From a virus (lineage: Duplodnaviria; Caudoviricetes), in the IMG/VR virus record IMGVR_UViG_3300028833_000112, positions 1 to 64,000 of that record: a DNA stretch of 64,000 nucleotides; one strand, given 5' to 3'. Shown in pieces: positions 38,001-47,921 of this stretch. The position numbers were made by a program, and so were the translations under genes. Below the pieces are notes generated by a model that worked only from the letters and a program-made list of their open reading frames with translations, was not told the DNA's origin and searched no databases. Every line of letters begins with the position of its first letter. Within the stretch, counting starts at the first letter, position 1.

Positions 38001-38767
38001 TGTGGCTCTATGACATTGATTATGACATTTATTCCTCAGACCACACACGAAAAATTTATGTTGTCCGCCACGAGCAGAAAAAAGTTGAGCATGTGGTCAG
38101 CAGAGCCTCACATCAGTATATATGTCAGGACAGAAAGCGCGAAGTATTTACCGTCGTTGAAGATTGGCATACTCCTGAAAGTCAAGGCAACACCGGCGAC
38201 TTTGGTTATTATATTTTTTATAACCCCCACGATGCCGCCTACTTCATTGCTTGGCTTGCTATGAAACTCAATTCACCGCTCCAAAATGCATTGTTGCAGT
38301 CTGCAGACGAAATTATCACTCGAATTACCCGGGAACATAACAGATATTACAAGAAAGCTGCTAAGCTGAAAGAAGCGAAGAAATCGAAAATTAAACCCAC
38401 ACCGCCGCCTCCTCCACCGCCCAAGAAAAAGTCGAAAAAAGATTTGCCGAGTATCGAGCAGATGAAACTCAAAAATTACAACAAGCACGTCTATGCGTTT
38501 GACATGAATAACGGCAAAATCAAAATCGGCGTGACCAATGACATCCCAACTCGGAAAAAAGCACACGAACACTCTAATGGGACAATCATAACGCGTTATT
38601 GTTACACGCAGATGATGCCGAATCAAGGCGCGCTGAATATTGAAACTATGTGTCTTAAAGCTTTTGATGACCGCAGAGCACCCGTCGGCGAATTAGTTTT
38701 TGCTTCATTTGAAGAAGTTAAGACGCAGCTTCAATTTCTCGCAAATCTTGAATTCACGACCGAATAA
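38000..38767 (+). CDS. Protein with poly-Pro linker and C-terminal GIY-YIG/T5orf172-like domain
   Basis: HVYAF....KIKIGVT.....R. Confidence 0.6.
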   Translation: MWLYDIDYDIYSSDHTRKIYVVRHEQKKVEHVVSRASHQYICQDRKREVFTVVEDWHTPESQGNTGDFGYYIFYNPHDAAYFIAWLAMKLNSPLQNALLQSADEIITRITREHNRYYKKAAKLKEAKKSKIKPTPPPPPPPKKKSKKDLPSIEQMKLKNYNKHVYAFDMNNGKIKIGVTNDIPTRKKAHEHSNGTIITRYCYTQMMPNQGALNIETMCLKAFDDRRAPVGELVFASFEEVKTQLQFLANLEFTTE

Positions 38768-38836
38768 TCCCTTAACCCTCTCGATTTTTGAATCCCGCTG
38801 CTCAGTGACGGGCGGCGGGCTTGAAAGATTGGAGGA

Positions 38837-40012
38837 ATGCTTATGTCTAAAAGATTAATCAGAGCCTCAACGTTTTACGCGGACACCGGGCGACCGTTTG
38901 ATTTGTTGGTGACCGACGACCTCAAGCAATTTTATATTGACTTGGAGCAGCTGGCGGTGTCGATGGACGATTATCACGAACAACCGATTGGCACGACGTC
39001 GGCTGAAGTTCTCGCGCATCAAATCAGAAGATTCTTCGAGACAAAAATTAACGGAAAAAACAAATTCCTTATGAGCGTCGAGCGGCTCAAGGAGCACTCG
39101 GAAAACTGCGACGAGCTTATGTTTTATGAACTTAGGCTCAGCAAAACTTTCCCCACTGAAATTTTTGAAGCGGTCAAGCGTCCGTTCCCCGCGCCTATCA
39201 AAATTTTGAATACTCCGCCCACATTGGTTTACGACACCGGCGAGAAAAATCCCGAAAAACAAATTCGGATTTACGAGAACGCGGACGAGTACTTGATTGA
39301 CCTCGGCAACATTAACTACTTGCTCACGGGCAGTTGTGATTGGTCACCCGCGCTCGTCAAAGCCGTGCTCCGTGATTACAAAGTTTACACGTGGAGGCAC
39401 AGCAGATATTTCTGCGGTTTGGACGCCGTGCCCGATATTTTCACCGACATCGGCACGAAGGAAGCACGCAAACTGATAAGACGATTCGCCAAGCAAGTTT
39501 TCATGTCTCCAACGCCGGAAAAAATTAATTTCGTCAAACTCAACTGCAAACTCTTTCATGACGAGCCATGGGAGGACGGCGAATTCAAAATCTACAGAGG
39601 CGTCGGCTTCGTTCAGAACGGTTTCTTCTTCAGGACGGACGAGCTTGGCGATTTGCTGGCGGGCGATGATTGCGACCGCGAAGCTGCATTGGATATGGCG
39701 GCTCATGAACTCGGCGAATTCAAAGACAAATCCAATTTCCGTTTCTATTGCCGACTCGATTACACCGATACGGTTGTCCGCAACTATCTGGCAAAGCTGT
39801 GGAACGGCGAGAACGAGCATAATAAATTCATTCAACGCGGCTGGAGTTTCATCCGCTGGTTCCATGACTTCCTGCCGAAATTCTTCAAACAACACGGTAT
39901 CAACTTCGACGCGTTCTTCGGACAGTTTCATCATGCGAACGCTTACGAGGAAGAAACCGAGCCGACTCCGCTGGAAGATTATTTGAGAGAACAAACCGCG
40001 ACAGATTTTTGA
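38837..40012 (+). CDS. Hypothetical protein (391 aa)
   Basis: Long ORF with GGAGG RBS. Confidence 0.65.
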   Translation: MLMSKRLIRASTFYADTGRPFDLLVTDDLKQFYIDLEQLAVSMDDYHEQPIGTTSAEVLAHQIRRFFETKINGKNKFLMSVERLKEHSENCDELMFYELRLSKTFPTEIFEAVKRPFPAPIKILNTPPTLVYDTGEKNPEKQIRIYENADEYLIDLGNINYLLTGSCDWSPALVKAVLRDYKVYTWRHSRYFCGLDAVPDIFTDIGTKEARKLIRRFAKQVFMSPTPEKINFVKLNCKLFHDEPWEDGEFKIYRGVGFVQNGFFFRTDELGDLLAGDDCDREAALDMAAHELGEFKDKSNFRFYCRLDYTDTVVRNYLAKLWNGENEHNKFIQRGWSFIRWFHDFLPKFFKQHGINFDAFFGQFHHANAYEEETEPTPLEDYLREQTATDF

Positions 40013-40097
40013 AGGAGTACTTATGATTCGGATGAAGCTAACGCGCCCGAAAAGACCGACGCGCCCCGCGTCGACACCGACCGAAGGAGTGATTCAA

Positions 40098-40349
40098 ATG
40101 ACTGACACCGAGAAGGATTATAAGGCGGCATTCATGGCGTTGCTGAAGGATTATCAACACGATGTCTACGAGTACGATTCTTACGATTATTGCCACGGTT
40201 GTTGCCCGTTTCGTGACGAGTTCAATAACGGTTGCCCCGCGTGCGTGTATGAAGAGTATCACGATTCCGATTACGACGCTTACAAGATTGACGAGGACAA
40301 ATGTCGCGAAGAAATTTTCAAGTGGTATGTGGAGAAAGCAAATGGCTGA
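40098..40349 (+). CDS. Cys/Tyr-rich small protein
   Basis: YC..CCP; ends VEKANG. Confidence 0.55.
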   Translation: MTDTEKDYKAAFMALLKDYQHDVYEYDSYDYCHGCCPFRDEFNNGCPACVYEEYHDSDYDAYKIDEDKCREEIFKWYVEKANG

Positions 40350-40596
40350 TTACGGGATTGAACATTATGTCGATGAGGACACGTTCTATATTCGGCAACC
40401 GCATTGCTCGACGAGTGTGCGCGTGGTAAAGCGCGATTACAAACGCGTGATTGTCAAGCCGTTCTGGGATGTGGAAATTTCCGCCGACGGCGACCACTGG
40501 CAGAACGTGTACACTCTCGCTGACAAAGACAGTGCCATCGAAGCTTGCGCGCGCTTGGCTGAATTCATTGACCGCGAGGCGAGTAAAAATGACTGA
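40342..40596 (+). CDS. Hypothetical protein
   Basis: Overlapping start with GGAG RBS. Confidence 0.5.
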   Translation: MADYGIEHYVDEDTFYIRQPHCSTSVRVVKRDYKRVIVKPFWDVEISADGDHWQNVYTLADKDSAIEACARLAEFIDREASKND

Positions 40597-40813
40597 GCAC
40601 GAGCAAAAACTTCAGCGAACTGTCGAATGGCTCCTTGCTTTGATTGAAGACGCCATCGACGCGGCCGACGATTATTGCGCGAATCGTTGTCCCGTCCGTG
40701 AGCCGAGCGGCTTTTGCCCCGCCGAAGACCGCGTGGACGAATATGACGTGCGCGATTATCGGGAGTGCATGGATTTGAGAGTGGAATTTTTTGTGGAGAA
40801 AGCAAATGGATGA
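40589..40813 (+). CDS. Cys-rich small protein, paralogue of 40098-40349
   Basis: YC...CP; ends VEKANG. Confidence 0.55.
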   Translation: MTEHEQKLQRTVEWLLALIEDAIDAADDYCANRCPVREPSGFCPAEDRVDEYDVRDYRECMDLRVEFFVEKANG

Positions 40814-42311
40814 GTTAATCACGACGCAAGACAACGCGGTTGCTCTGCCGCAACTTGAACTCGAAATTAAATTTTATCTCGGTCAGACCGCGCAGAACAT
40901 AATTGAAGTGGGCAAGCGGCTGATTCAAGCAAAACAGCTCGTCAAACACGGACACTGGCAGAACTGGCTGGAGAAAAATTTTCAGCTGAGTCAACAAACC
41001 GCAAGAAAGTTTATGGAGTGTGCTGAACGATTCGGCAAAATGCTCGACGTCGAGCGTTTTAAACCTTCGCAACTTACGGAGATGTTAGCACTGCCGTCAG
41101 CCGAGGAGACGGAGAAGTTTATCGCCGAGAAAGCCGCTGAGCAGAAAAACGTCGCCGAAATGACGATTAAAGAGCTCCGCGAAGAAATTGCCAAGCACAA
41201 GAAGAAAATCGCTGAGCAGGATGAGACAATCGCCGCGCGTGACAAAACCATCGTCGACAATAAAAAGGCGTATCAAGAATCACTCTTCAAGCTGGACGAG
41301 GCGCACAAGAAAGAAGTCACCGACCTGAACGATGAGCTTGCCGACGTTCAAAGCGAACTCGCCGACAAGAAAGACAAACTTGAGGACGCGGAAAAGGAAC
41401 TCAAGGAACGCCCGACCGTGACCGTGCCGCCCGAAGATTATCAGCAGACAAAGAAAGACTTCGCCGCCGCGCAGATTGAACTCGGCAAAGCACAAGCCGC
41501 CATTGAAAACCAAGCCAAAGACTTTGAACGGCAAAGCAAGGAAGCGCAAGAGGCTTTCGACAGCCAAAACCAAGAACTTCAAAAGAAGCTTGATAAGGCT
41601 AACAAAGAGAAGAAAAAACTCAAAGAGCGGCTTGAAGCTAAAGAAGAAATTGTCGCACAGGTCGAAGAAGACGCGCCACCGCCTACATTGTTTATCGGCA
41701 ACGGAATCGGCTTTGTGCCCGATGAACCCTACAAGCTTCTGCTGACCGACCCGCCCTATTCGACGGACGTTGACGACGTTGATGAATTCGCGCAAAGCTG
41801 GTTGCCGAATGCGCTCCGCTATGTGCGCCATGACGGATTCGCTTACGTTTTCATCGGCGCATATCCCGACGAGCTTCGCGCTTACCTGAACATTACGCCG
41901 CCCGAACATTTAAATCTGTGTCAAGTGCTCGTGTGGACGTATCGCAACACACTCGGTAACAACCCGAAAGACCGGTACAAACTTAATTGGCAGGCGTGTT
42001 TGTTCTATCGCGGTGTCGACGCTCAAAATCTCGATTGTCCTGTGACCAATGAGCAATGGGCAGTTCAAGATATTAATGCGCCTGATGGCAGATTGGGTAA
42101 CCGTGACCACACTTGGCAAAAACCCAATGAAATTGCCGAACGCTTTGTCCGTCACTCGACACAAAAAGGCGACACCGTCTTTGACCCGTTCGCTTGTACG
42201 GGAACGTTTCTCCTTGCCGCCGCGAAATTTGGGCGCAAAGCTTACGGTTTTGAAATTAATCCCGATAATGCCGCTCTGGCTTTTAAGAGGGGGTGCACTA
42301 ATGGGGCTTAA
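40806..42311 (+). CDS. DUF3102 - coiled coil - beta-class N4/N6 DNA methyltransferase fusion
   Basis: IIEVGKRL..AK....HG.W..WL (DUF3102); TDPPY, H.WQKP, DPFACTGT. Confidence 0.85.
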   Translation: MDELITTQDNAVALPQLELEIKFYLGQTAQNIIEVGKRLIQAKQLVKHGHWQNWLEKNFQLSQQTARKFMECAERFGKMLDVERFKPSQLTEMLALPSAEETEKFIAEKAAEQKNVAEMTIKELREEIAKHKKKIAEQDETIAARDKTIVDNKKAYQESLFKLDEAHKKEVTDLNDELADVQSELADKKDKLEDAEKELKERPTVTVPPEDYQQTKKDFAAAQIELGKAQAAIENQAKDFERQSKEAQEAFDSQNQELQKKLDKANKEKKKLKERLEAKEEIVAQVEEDAPPPTLFIGNGIGFVPDEPYKLLLTDPPYSTDVDDVDEFAQSWLPNALRYVRHDGFAYVFIGAYPDELRAYLNITPPEHLNLCQVLVWTYRNTLGNNPKDRYKLNWQACLFYRGVDAQNLDCPVTNEQWAVQDINAPDGRLGNRDHTWQKPNEIAERFVRHSTQKGDTVFDPFACTGTFLLAAAKFGRKAYGFEINPDNAALAFKRGCTNGA

Positions 42312-42921
42312 CTTTAATGAAGCAATGAGTGTGACACGCCAAGATTTTGGGAAACATGTCGCGCCTTTATTTCGCTCAATGTGGAGCGGGTGTGAAATAT
42401 ACTCAAACGAAAAACATCCAGACCCATTGCGCCGACTTTTGGACGATTACGCAGGGAAAGATTATGTAATTTTTCATAAGGAGTGGGGAATGCCGTTCTC
42501 TTTGGCAAGCAGAATTCAACGCACGGGCTTCAGCTATGACACTTTCACCGTTCGCAACAAACGCGACAGCGGCTCGGCTACTGAATACGAAAAACGACGC
42601 AAAGCAATTGTCGCCGGCGGCGAATATCCAACGCTGACACTTCAAGCTTATTTGACTAAAGATGGAGCTTCACTTTTGAAGTTGGCTATTGTGAGAACTG
42701 TCGACCTTTTTGAGTATCTTAGGTGTAACGAAGGTAAGCTTGAAAAAAAGCATACAGGTACCGAACAATCCGGTCAAGCTGAATTCATTGTAGCTAAATG
42801 GTCTGAACTGGGCAGAAAATATGCCGTCAGTGTTTTTGAACCTAAGGATAACGGCTGGCTCAAAACTTACCGAAACAATACAGGGCAAGTAAAAGAATTT
42901 TTGAGGAGGCAATCTTCATGA
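42301..42921 (+). CDS. Methyltransferase-associated protein, possible nuclease fold
   Basis: LDDYAGKD...ASRIQ...TFTVR..R.SG..TEYEKR; overlaps MTase stop. Confidence 0.55.
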   Translation: MGLNFNEAMSVTRQDFGKHVAPLFRSMWSGCEIYSNEKHPDPLRRLLDDYAGKDYVIFHKEWGMPFSLASRIQRTGFSYDTFTVRNKRDSGSATEYEKRRKAIVAGGEYPTLTLQAYLTKDGASLLKLAIVRTVDLFEYLRCNEGKLEKKHTGTEQSGQAEFIVAKWSELGRKYAVSVFEPKDNGWLKTYRNNTGQVKEFLRRQSS

Positions 42922-43298
42922 ACAAAGTATTTCTCAGCGGGAACCTGACCCGCGATATCGAGCTCAAAGAGACTCAGAGCGGCAAATCCTACGCGCGAAT
43001 CGGAATCGCAGTCAAGCGTCCCTTCTCCAAGGACAAAGACGCCGTTGACTTCCTCAACCTCGTCGTCTGGGATAAAACCGCCGAATTCATGAACAAGTAC
43101 ATGGGCAAGGGCTCTCGCGTGCTCGTCGAAGGGCGAATCCAAACGGGCAGCTACGAGAAAGACGGAACCAAGTTCAACACTTTTGATATTGTTGTCGACA
43201 ACGTGGAATTCGCGGGCGGCGACAAACGTGACTCCAAACCCAAAGCCCATGACGAATTCGACGGCGAACCCATACCGCCCGATGACACTCCGTTCTAA
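42918..43298 (+). CDS. ssb: Single-stranded DNA-binding protein
   Basis: MNKVFLSGNLTRD...KGSRVLVEGRIQ...DDTPF tail. Confidence 0.95.
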   Translation: MNKVFLSGNLTRDIELKETQSGKSYARIGIAVKRPFSKDKDAVDFLNLVVWDKTAEFMNKYMGKGSRVLVEGRIQTGSYEKDGTKFNTFDIVVDNVEFAGGDKRDSKPKAHDEFDGEPIPPDDTPF

Positions 43299-43301
43299 GC
43301 C

Positions 43302-44030
43302 ATGAAGCGCGAAGACAAATATCTGATTGACCACAAACGCCTTGCCCAACTCGCGTCGAAGTCTGCGAGCGATTTGTTTAACAGAAGAGCCCCATTTCAT
43401 TTCAAAGCCCTTAGGTTGCGGAAAGTATTCTCCGCCACCGATGCCAAAGCTGTTGCTGATTATCTCGGCGTGGACGTTTCCGAGTTCGGCGAGCTGTTCA
43501 CGCCGGAGCAACAAGTCCAAGAGTGTTTGCGGCTGAAAGATTTGCTCAAGTCTTTAATGCAAGAGATAAATGAATCCTTTCGCGCGGAACGCAAACTCAA
43601 CGCCGAAATTCAATTGCTCATATTCAAAACTTTCGGGACGCAACTCGAAGACCTCAAGCAGCACACGACCGAGCTCCGCGATAAGGCAGACAAAATCGCA
43701 GGGCGGCTTAAAGCGTTTGGTAGAAAAATTCCTGCCATAAAGAACGCTCAAGGCGGAAGTGTGGACGGCGACGCGTGGTGGTATCTGCCCGACGCCTCAG
43801 GACATTTCGCCGCGTCAAGAATCCCCGTCGTGAATCTCGCCAAAGAAAAATATGCCAAGCGCGGGCTCACCATTCGGCAGGCGCGCGACAGCATGAACAT
43901 CGGCGGCGACAAAAATTTTCTCGACCGCACTAACTCAATCGTGGCGGAACTCGCAGAAATTTTGGACGTGTACATTAAAAAGGGCTTCGGCGATTTGTAT
44001 CTGCTCGAAGTCTTACCCAATCTCATTTAG
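43302..44030 (+). CDS. Hypothetical protein
   Basis: 242-aa ORF in operon. Confidence 0.55.
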   Translation: MKREDKYLIDHKRLAQLASKSASDLFNRRAPFHFKALRLRKVFSATDAKAVADYLGVDVSEFGELFTPEQQVQECLRLKDLLKSLMQEINESFRAERKLNAEIQLLIFKTFGTQLEDLKQHTTELRDKADKIAGRLKAFGRKIPAIKNAQGGSVDGDAWWYLPDASGHFAASRIPVVNLAKEKYAKRGLTIRQARDSMNIGGDKNFLDRTNSIVAELAEILDVYIKKGFGDLYLLEVLPNLI

Positions 44031-44039
44031 GAGGGCAAC

Positions 44040-45149
44040 ATGAAATTTTCTTGCTATAAATCTGATTTGGTGGAGGCGTTGAGCTTCGTCAGCCGTGCCG
44101 CCGCCGTCAAACCCATGACGCCCGTCCTCAGCGGCGTTTTCATCCGCACCGAGGGCAGCGCGGGCGTCGAACTCCAAGCCAACAATAATTCCACGGCCAT
44201 TGCCGCGAAAATCCCCGTCAACGTCGAAGTCCCCGGCGCGACCGTCGTCAACGCAAAACGTTTCCTCGACTTCGCGCGCAATATGCCCGACGACACAATC
44301 ACGCTCACGCTGGAGGATAATACTCTCGCGCTCGAATCGGGCGGCGCACACGTCGACCTGCTCACCATGAACCCCGACGACTTTCCCAAAATCAAAGCCG
44401 AGGAGATGCCGAACACTTTCAAAGTCAGGGTGCCCGTGCTCGCTGAGTTAATCCGCCGAACTGTCTACGCCGTCGCAAAGGATGACTCGCGCCCTGTTTT
44501 TACCGGCGTCAACTTTATCCTCCGCGGCGAAGATATTACGGCCACTGCATCCAACACTCACCGCCTTGCGTTCGCCAAAGACAAACTCGTTGAAGACTGC
44601 GGAAATATTTTTGAATTCGTCATCCGCGGCGACACTCTCCGCGATATCCTCGCGCGCCTCGATTCCAAAGACGCCGAAGAGATTGTCACGATTAATTACA
44701 ACGGCAAATCCGCCGCGTTCCTGTTCAATAACGTTTTCGTGACCACGCGCCTTATTGAAGGGCAATTCCCGCCTTACGACCGCGTCATCCCGAAAGAATC
44801 TGTGCTCCACGTCAAAGTCAACACCGCCGAACTCAAGGAAGCCGTAAGATTTGTTTCGGGCATGAGCAAGGAAACCGAGTACAACACGATTAAATTTGAC
44901 ATCACACGGGACGGCATTGACATCTCGGCGAACTCGCCCGAAGTCGGCGGCGCATCCAGCCCCGTCGAAGCCGACGTGGACGGCGACGAGCTTATCATCA
45001 ATTTCAACGTCGATTACATTTCCGACGTGCTCAAGGTCGTGACCGATGAAAAATTGCTCCTCGAATTCAACGACCAATACTCGCCCGTGAAAGTCACCGA
45101 GCCGGGCAACGCGAATTTTATTTATATCGCGACGCCCGTGCGCACCTGA
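44040..45149 (+). CDS. dnaN: DNA polymerase III beta sliding clamp
   Basis: PVLSGV, DFP, SRPVFTGV, HRLA, RLIEGQFP.Y.RVIP, FN..YI.D, PVR; 369 aa. Confidence 0.93.
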   Translation: MKFSCYKSDLVEALSFVSRAAAVKPMTPVLSGVFIRTEGSAGVELQANNNSTAIAAKIPVNVEVPGATVVNAKRFLDFARNMPDDTITLTLEDNTLALESGGAHVDLLTMNPDDFPKIKAEEMPNTFKVRVPVLAELIRRTVYAVAKDDSRPVFTGVNFILRGEDITATASNTHRLAFAKDKLVEDCGNIFEFVIRGDTLRDILARLDSKDAEEIVTINYNGKSAAFLFNNVFVTTRLIEGQFPPYDRVIPKESVLHVKVNTAELKEAVRFVSGMSKETEYNTIKFDITRDGIDISANSPEVGGASSPVEADVDGDELIINFNVDYISDVLKVVTDEKLLLEFNDQYSPVKVTEPGNANFIYIATPVRT

Positions 45150-45150
45150 A

Positions 45151-46134
45151 ATGATTACCATACAAACACCGCGCGCGCCGATTAAAATTTTTGCCACGGG
45201 CACGGGGAAATTTTTCTTCCTGCAGAAAAGATTGTTCGCCGCTTTGGGTTTCAGCGAACGCTCCGAACTCGGCGAAACTGTCGTCGACATGTGTCGTTAC
45301 GCACTCGCGCGGAGGAGAATCGGCAGGCACTATCTCCTCGACCTGCAATTGCTCGTCAGGGATATCCTGCCCGTCCTCCTCGAAATGTTCGACGAGTCGC
45401 CCGAAATTGTTTCCGCGCGCGAAGTCCACAAACTTTTGAGCAAAGGGCTGAACCAAATCATGAATCAACCTGTTGCGCCGTTCAAAAAATTTAAGCCGCC
45501 CGAAGAATCCGAGCAACTTGAATATCTGCCGAAGATTGGCTGGTGCGTGCTGAACAATGTGCCCATCAACGCCTACAAGAACGACGCGGGCGAAATTTTT
45601 CTCCAATGTAACCATCTGCTTCAGGCGTTGGGGCTCTCGCGAACCAAATCTTTGACTGCGGGCGACTTCGGCAGATTTTTGACCGAACATAATTTGCCGC
45701 GCAAGATGCTGACCGACGGCGTTGAAAATTTCGGCAAACGCCCTGTCATTGTCCTCAAGGCCGCCGACGTCCGCGACGTGCTCCTGCCCAATATTTTGTC
45801 CGGCGCAATTAAATTTAATACCGCCGATTCGAAACGCCGCAATGCTCGGATTATCCTCGACGATTTGAATAATTATCTGGAGGGAAAAGTTATGCCGCCC
45901 GAAAACGTGAAACCCGAAGTTGCAGAAATTAAAAGTGACACGACACCGACCGAAAAAGAAATGCCGACCGCCGTCAGCGAAAAAGAAAAATTGGACGCCA
46001 CACGCGCGCTTATCGATGAGCTTGTGGCCGTCACCGGCGTCCCGAAAGATTTTCTCGCCAAATCTCTTTACGATTACAAAGCCGCTGAGTTGAAACGTTG
46101 GCGCGAGGGGTTAATCAATGGCGCGCAAATTTGA
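45151..46134 (+). CDS. Hypothetical protein, possibly degenerate BRO-like domains
   Basis: FFFLQKRLFAALGF and EIFLQCNHLLQALGL segments. Confidence 0.5.
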   Translation: MITIQTPRAPIKIFATGTGKFFFLQKRLFAALGFSERSELGETVVDMCRYALARRRIGRHYLLDLQLLVRDILPVLLEMFDESPEIVSAREVHKLLSKGLNQIMNQPVAPFKKFKPPEESEQLEYLPKIGWCVLNNVPINAYKNDAGEIFLQCNHLLQALGLSRTKSLTAGDFGRFLTEHNLPRKMLTDGVENFGKRPVIVLKAADVRDVLLPNILSGAIKFNTADSKRRNARIILDDLNNYLEGKVMPPENVKPEVAEIKSDTTPTEKEMPTAVSEKEKLDATRALIDELVAVTGVPKDFLAKSLYDYKAAELKRWREGLINGAQI

Positions 46135-46591
46135 AGCCACGGGCAAGGCAGTTGTCTACACTCGCGACGGCGTGGAAATCGTCGATGCCGAAGTCCGCCG
46201 CTCGTTCAACGTGCACTGCGACACCTGCACTTACAAACTTAAAAATTTTCAAAAGCCTCACATCTTAGTGGGAGGGGCGCGAACTGTGCCGACAGATAAC
46301 AAATACGCACAAGCCTCATACGAACTCGAACGCATTGAACAAGCTGCCAAGTATGCGTCGACAAAATTCTTTCGGCTCATGCTCGACCTGCAACGTTGCG
46401 CGCAATGGGAACCGATTCACCCGTCCAATTCGCCCTTCGGCTGGGGCTGCTTCCGTGATAACCGACGGCGACCTTTGCCGACCAGTGACCCTGAACTTTA
46501 CAAACTCTTCGACTTCACGCCCGCGATGATTCGTTTTGTGGAGGAACATTACAATGATGAGTTACTCGACGCCCGAAGCGCGCAAGGATAA
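46118..46591 (+). CDS. Stand-alone fragment resembling the C-terminus of Eco57I-like (type IIG) R-M proteins
   Basis: KY..TKFFRLML....Q...SDPELYKLFDFT...IRFVE. Confidence 0.5.
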   Translation: MARKFEATGKAVVYTRDGVEIVDAEVRRSFNVHCDTCTYKLKNFQKPHILVGGARTVPTDNKYAQASYELERIEQAAKYASTKFFRLMLDLQRCAQWEPIHPSNSPFGWGCFRDNRRRPLPTSDPELYKLFDFTPAMIRFVEEHYNDELLDARSAQG

Positions 46592-47021
46592 AAATTCTGC
46601 GTATCACAAGCACGCTGAAGTTTTCACGCCTGCGGGTCTTGCCTTCGATATGATTCTTAACGAGTATGTGCGCGAACTCGTTCAAGACGTCGACAAAACT
46701 GCCTTCGACCCCGCTGTCGGGCAGGGGCAATTCCCGTGCGCCGAACTCGTCTGCAAACTTTTTTACAACATTGACCGCTTGGATGAGGACTTGGCTCTCC
46801 GCGCGCTCAAATCTCTCTACGGCATCGACATCCAAGAATCTTCCGTGCGCCAAGCCCGCGAACATTTAATTCTTACGCTCTGTGATTCGTTCCGCTTCTT
46901 TACCGGCAAGGAGTTCACTCGCCTCGCCGAAGCTCAAGCAATCGCCGAAGAAAATATCTTCCAAGGCGACAGCTTGAAAATTATGGAGGAATGGACGAAT
47001 CCGCAGGGCTCTTTGTTTTGA
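46554..47021 (+). CDS. Stand-alone SAM-binding half of an adenine methyltransferase
   Basis: AEVFTP, DPAVGQGQF (motif I), YGIDI, IFQGDSL; no NPPY. Confidence 0.75.
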   Translation: MMSYSTPEARKDKNSAYHKHAEVFTPAGLAFDMILNEYVRELVQDVDKTAFDPAVGQGQFPCAELVCKLFYNIDRLDEDLALRALKSLYGIDIQESSVRQAREHLILTLCDSFRFFTGKEFTRLAEAQAIAEENIFQGDSLKIMEEWTNPQGSLF

Positions 47022-47921
47022 GGTAACGTTTTGATTCGTGACAGAGGAGGATAACCATGAGCGCGAATTTTATCTTCACCGACAGGCACGGGAAGCAATG
47101 GGTTGACGCTGAATATTTGCGCAAGCACTTCGGCATCACCGACGCCGGGAAAAAGTTCTTCTACGATTATGATTTTTGGCGCGCCAAGGCTGAGCACTAC
47201 CTCACGCTCGCCCGCAAAGCTCGGCAGGAGCAGACGCGTCGCTGATTTTTAAGGAGTGATTGGTTATGGAGCTGAGAGAAGTATTGAAAAATTTTTGGGT
47301 CAGACCTGAAGCTGTGGATTATGTCGAGGTAATTAACGAATCCGATGACACAGTAGCCTTGTGGAGCGTGGAAATTGGAACTCGTGGCGGGCAACGTTTA
47401 ACCACCGGCAAACTGTTCGACACTGAAAAAGACGCGCGCAACCATGCCTGCTATGTGCTCGGTGTGCTGCTCGCGGCAAAGGATTGAGCCATGAAGACAA
47501 TTACTCAAGCGACGTTTGCTTATCGCGGCTCAAAAATTATCGCGCGGCAAATCCGCGACAAAAGCACCGACAAATTTTTCTGCTGGCACGGGCTCATTGA
47601 TGGCGAGGAGGAATTCCCCGTCGCCGCCCGTTCCCTTCAGCAGTTCGAAAAAAATTTCGTGCTTCAAATGAATGACTTGGAAGCCGCAATTAATATCGAG
47701 GAGGGAATCATCCGTGAAAACAAACAACACCAGGACAATTGAATATCGCGGGCACTATATCATCGTGCAAGAAATGTATGAAGGCTCCGATGGTAAATTT
47801 TCCTGCTGGTACGGTGAGCCCGACGGCATTGAAAACCTTTCTATCACCGCCAACACACTTAAGGAATTTATGAAAATTTTTATTAATATGGTTGACAACA
47901 TTGAAAGCAAGGAGGAAGCCA

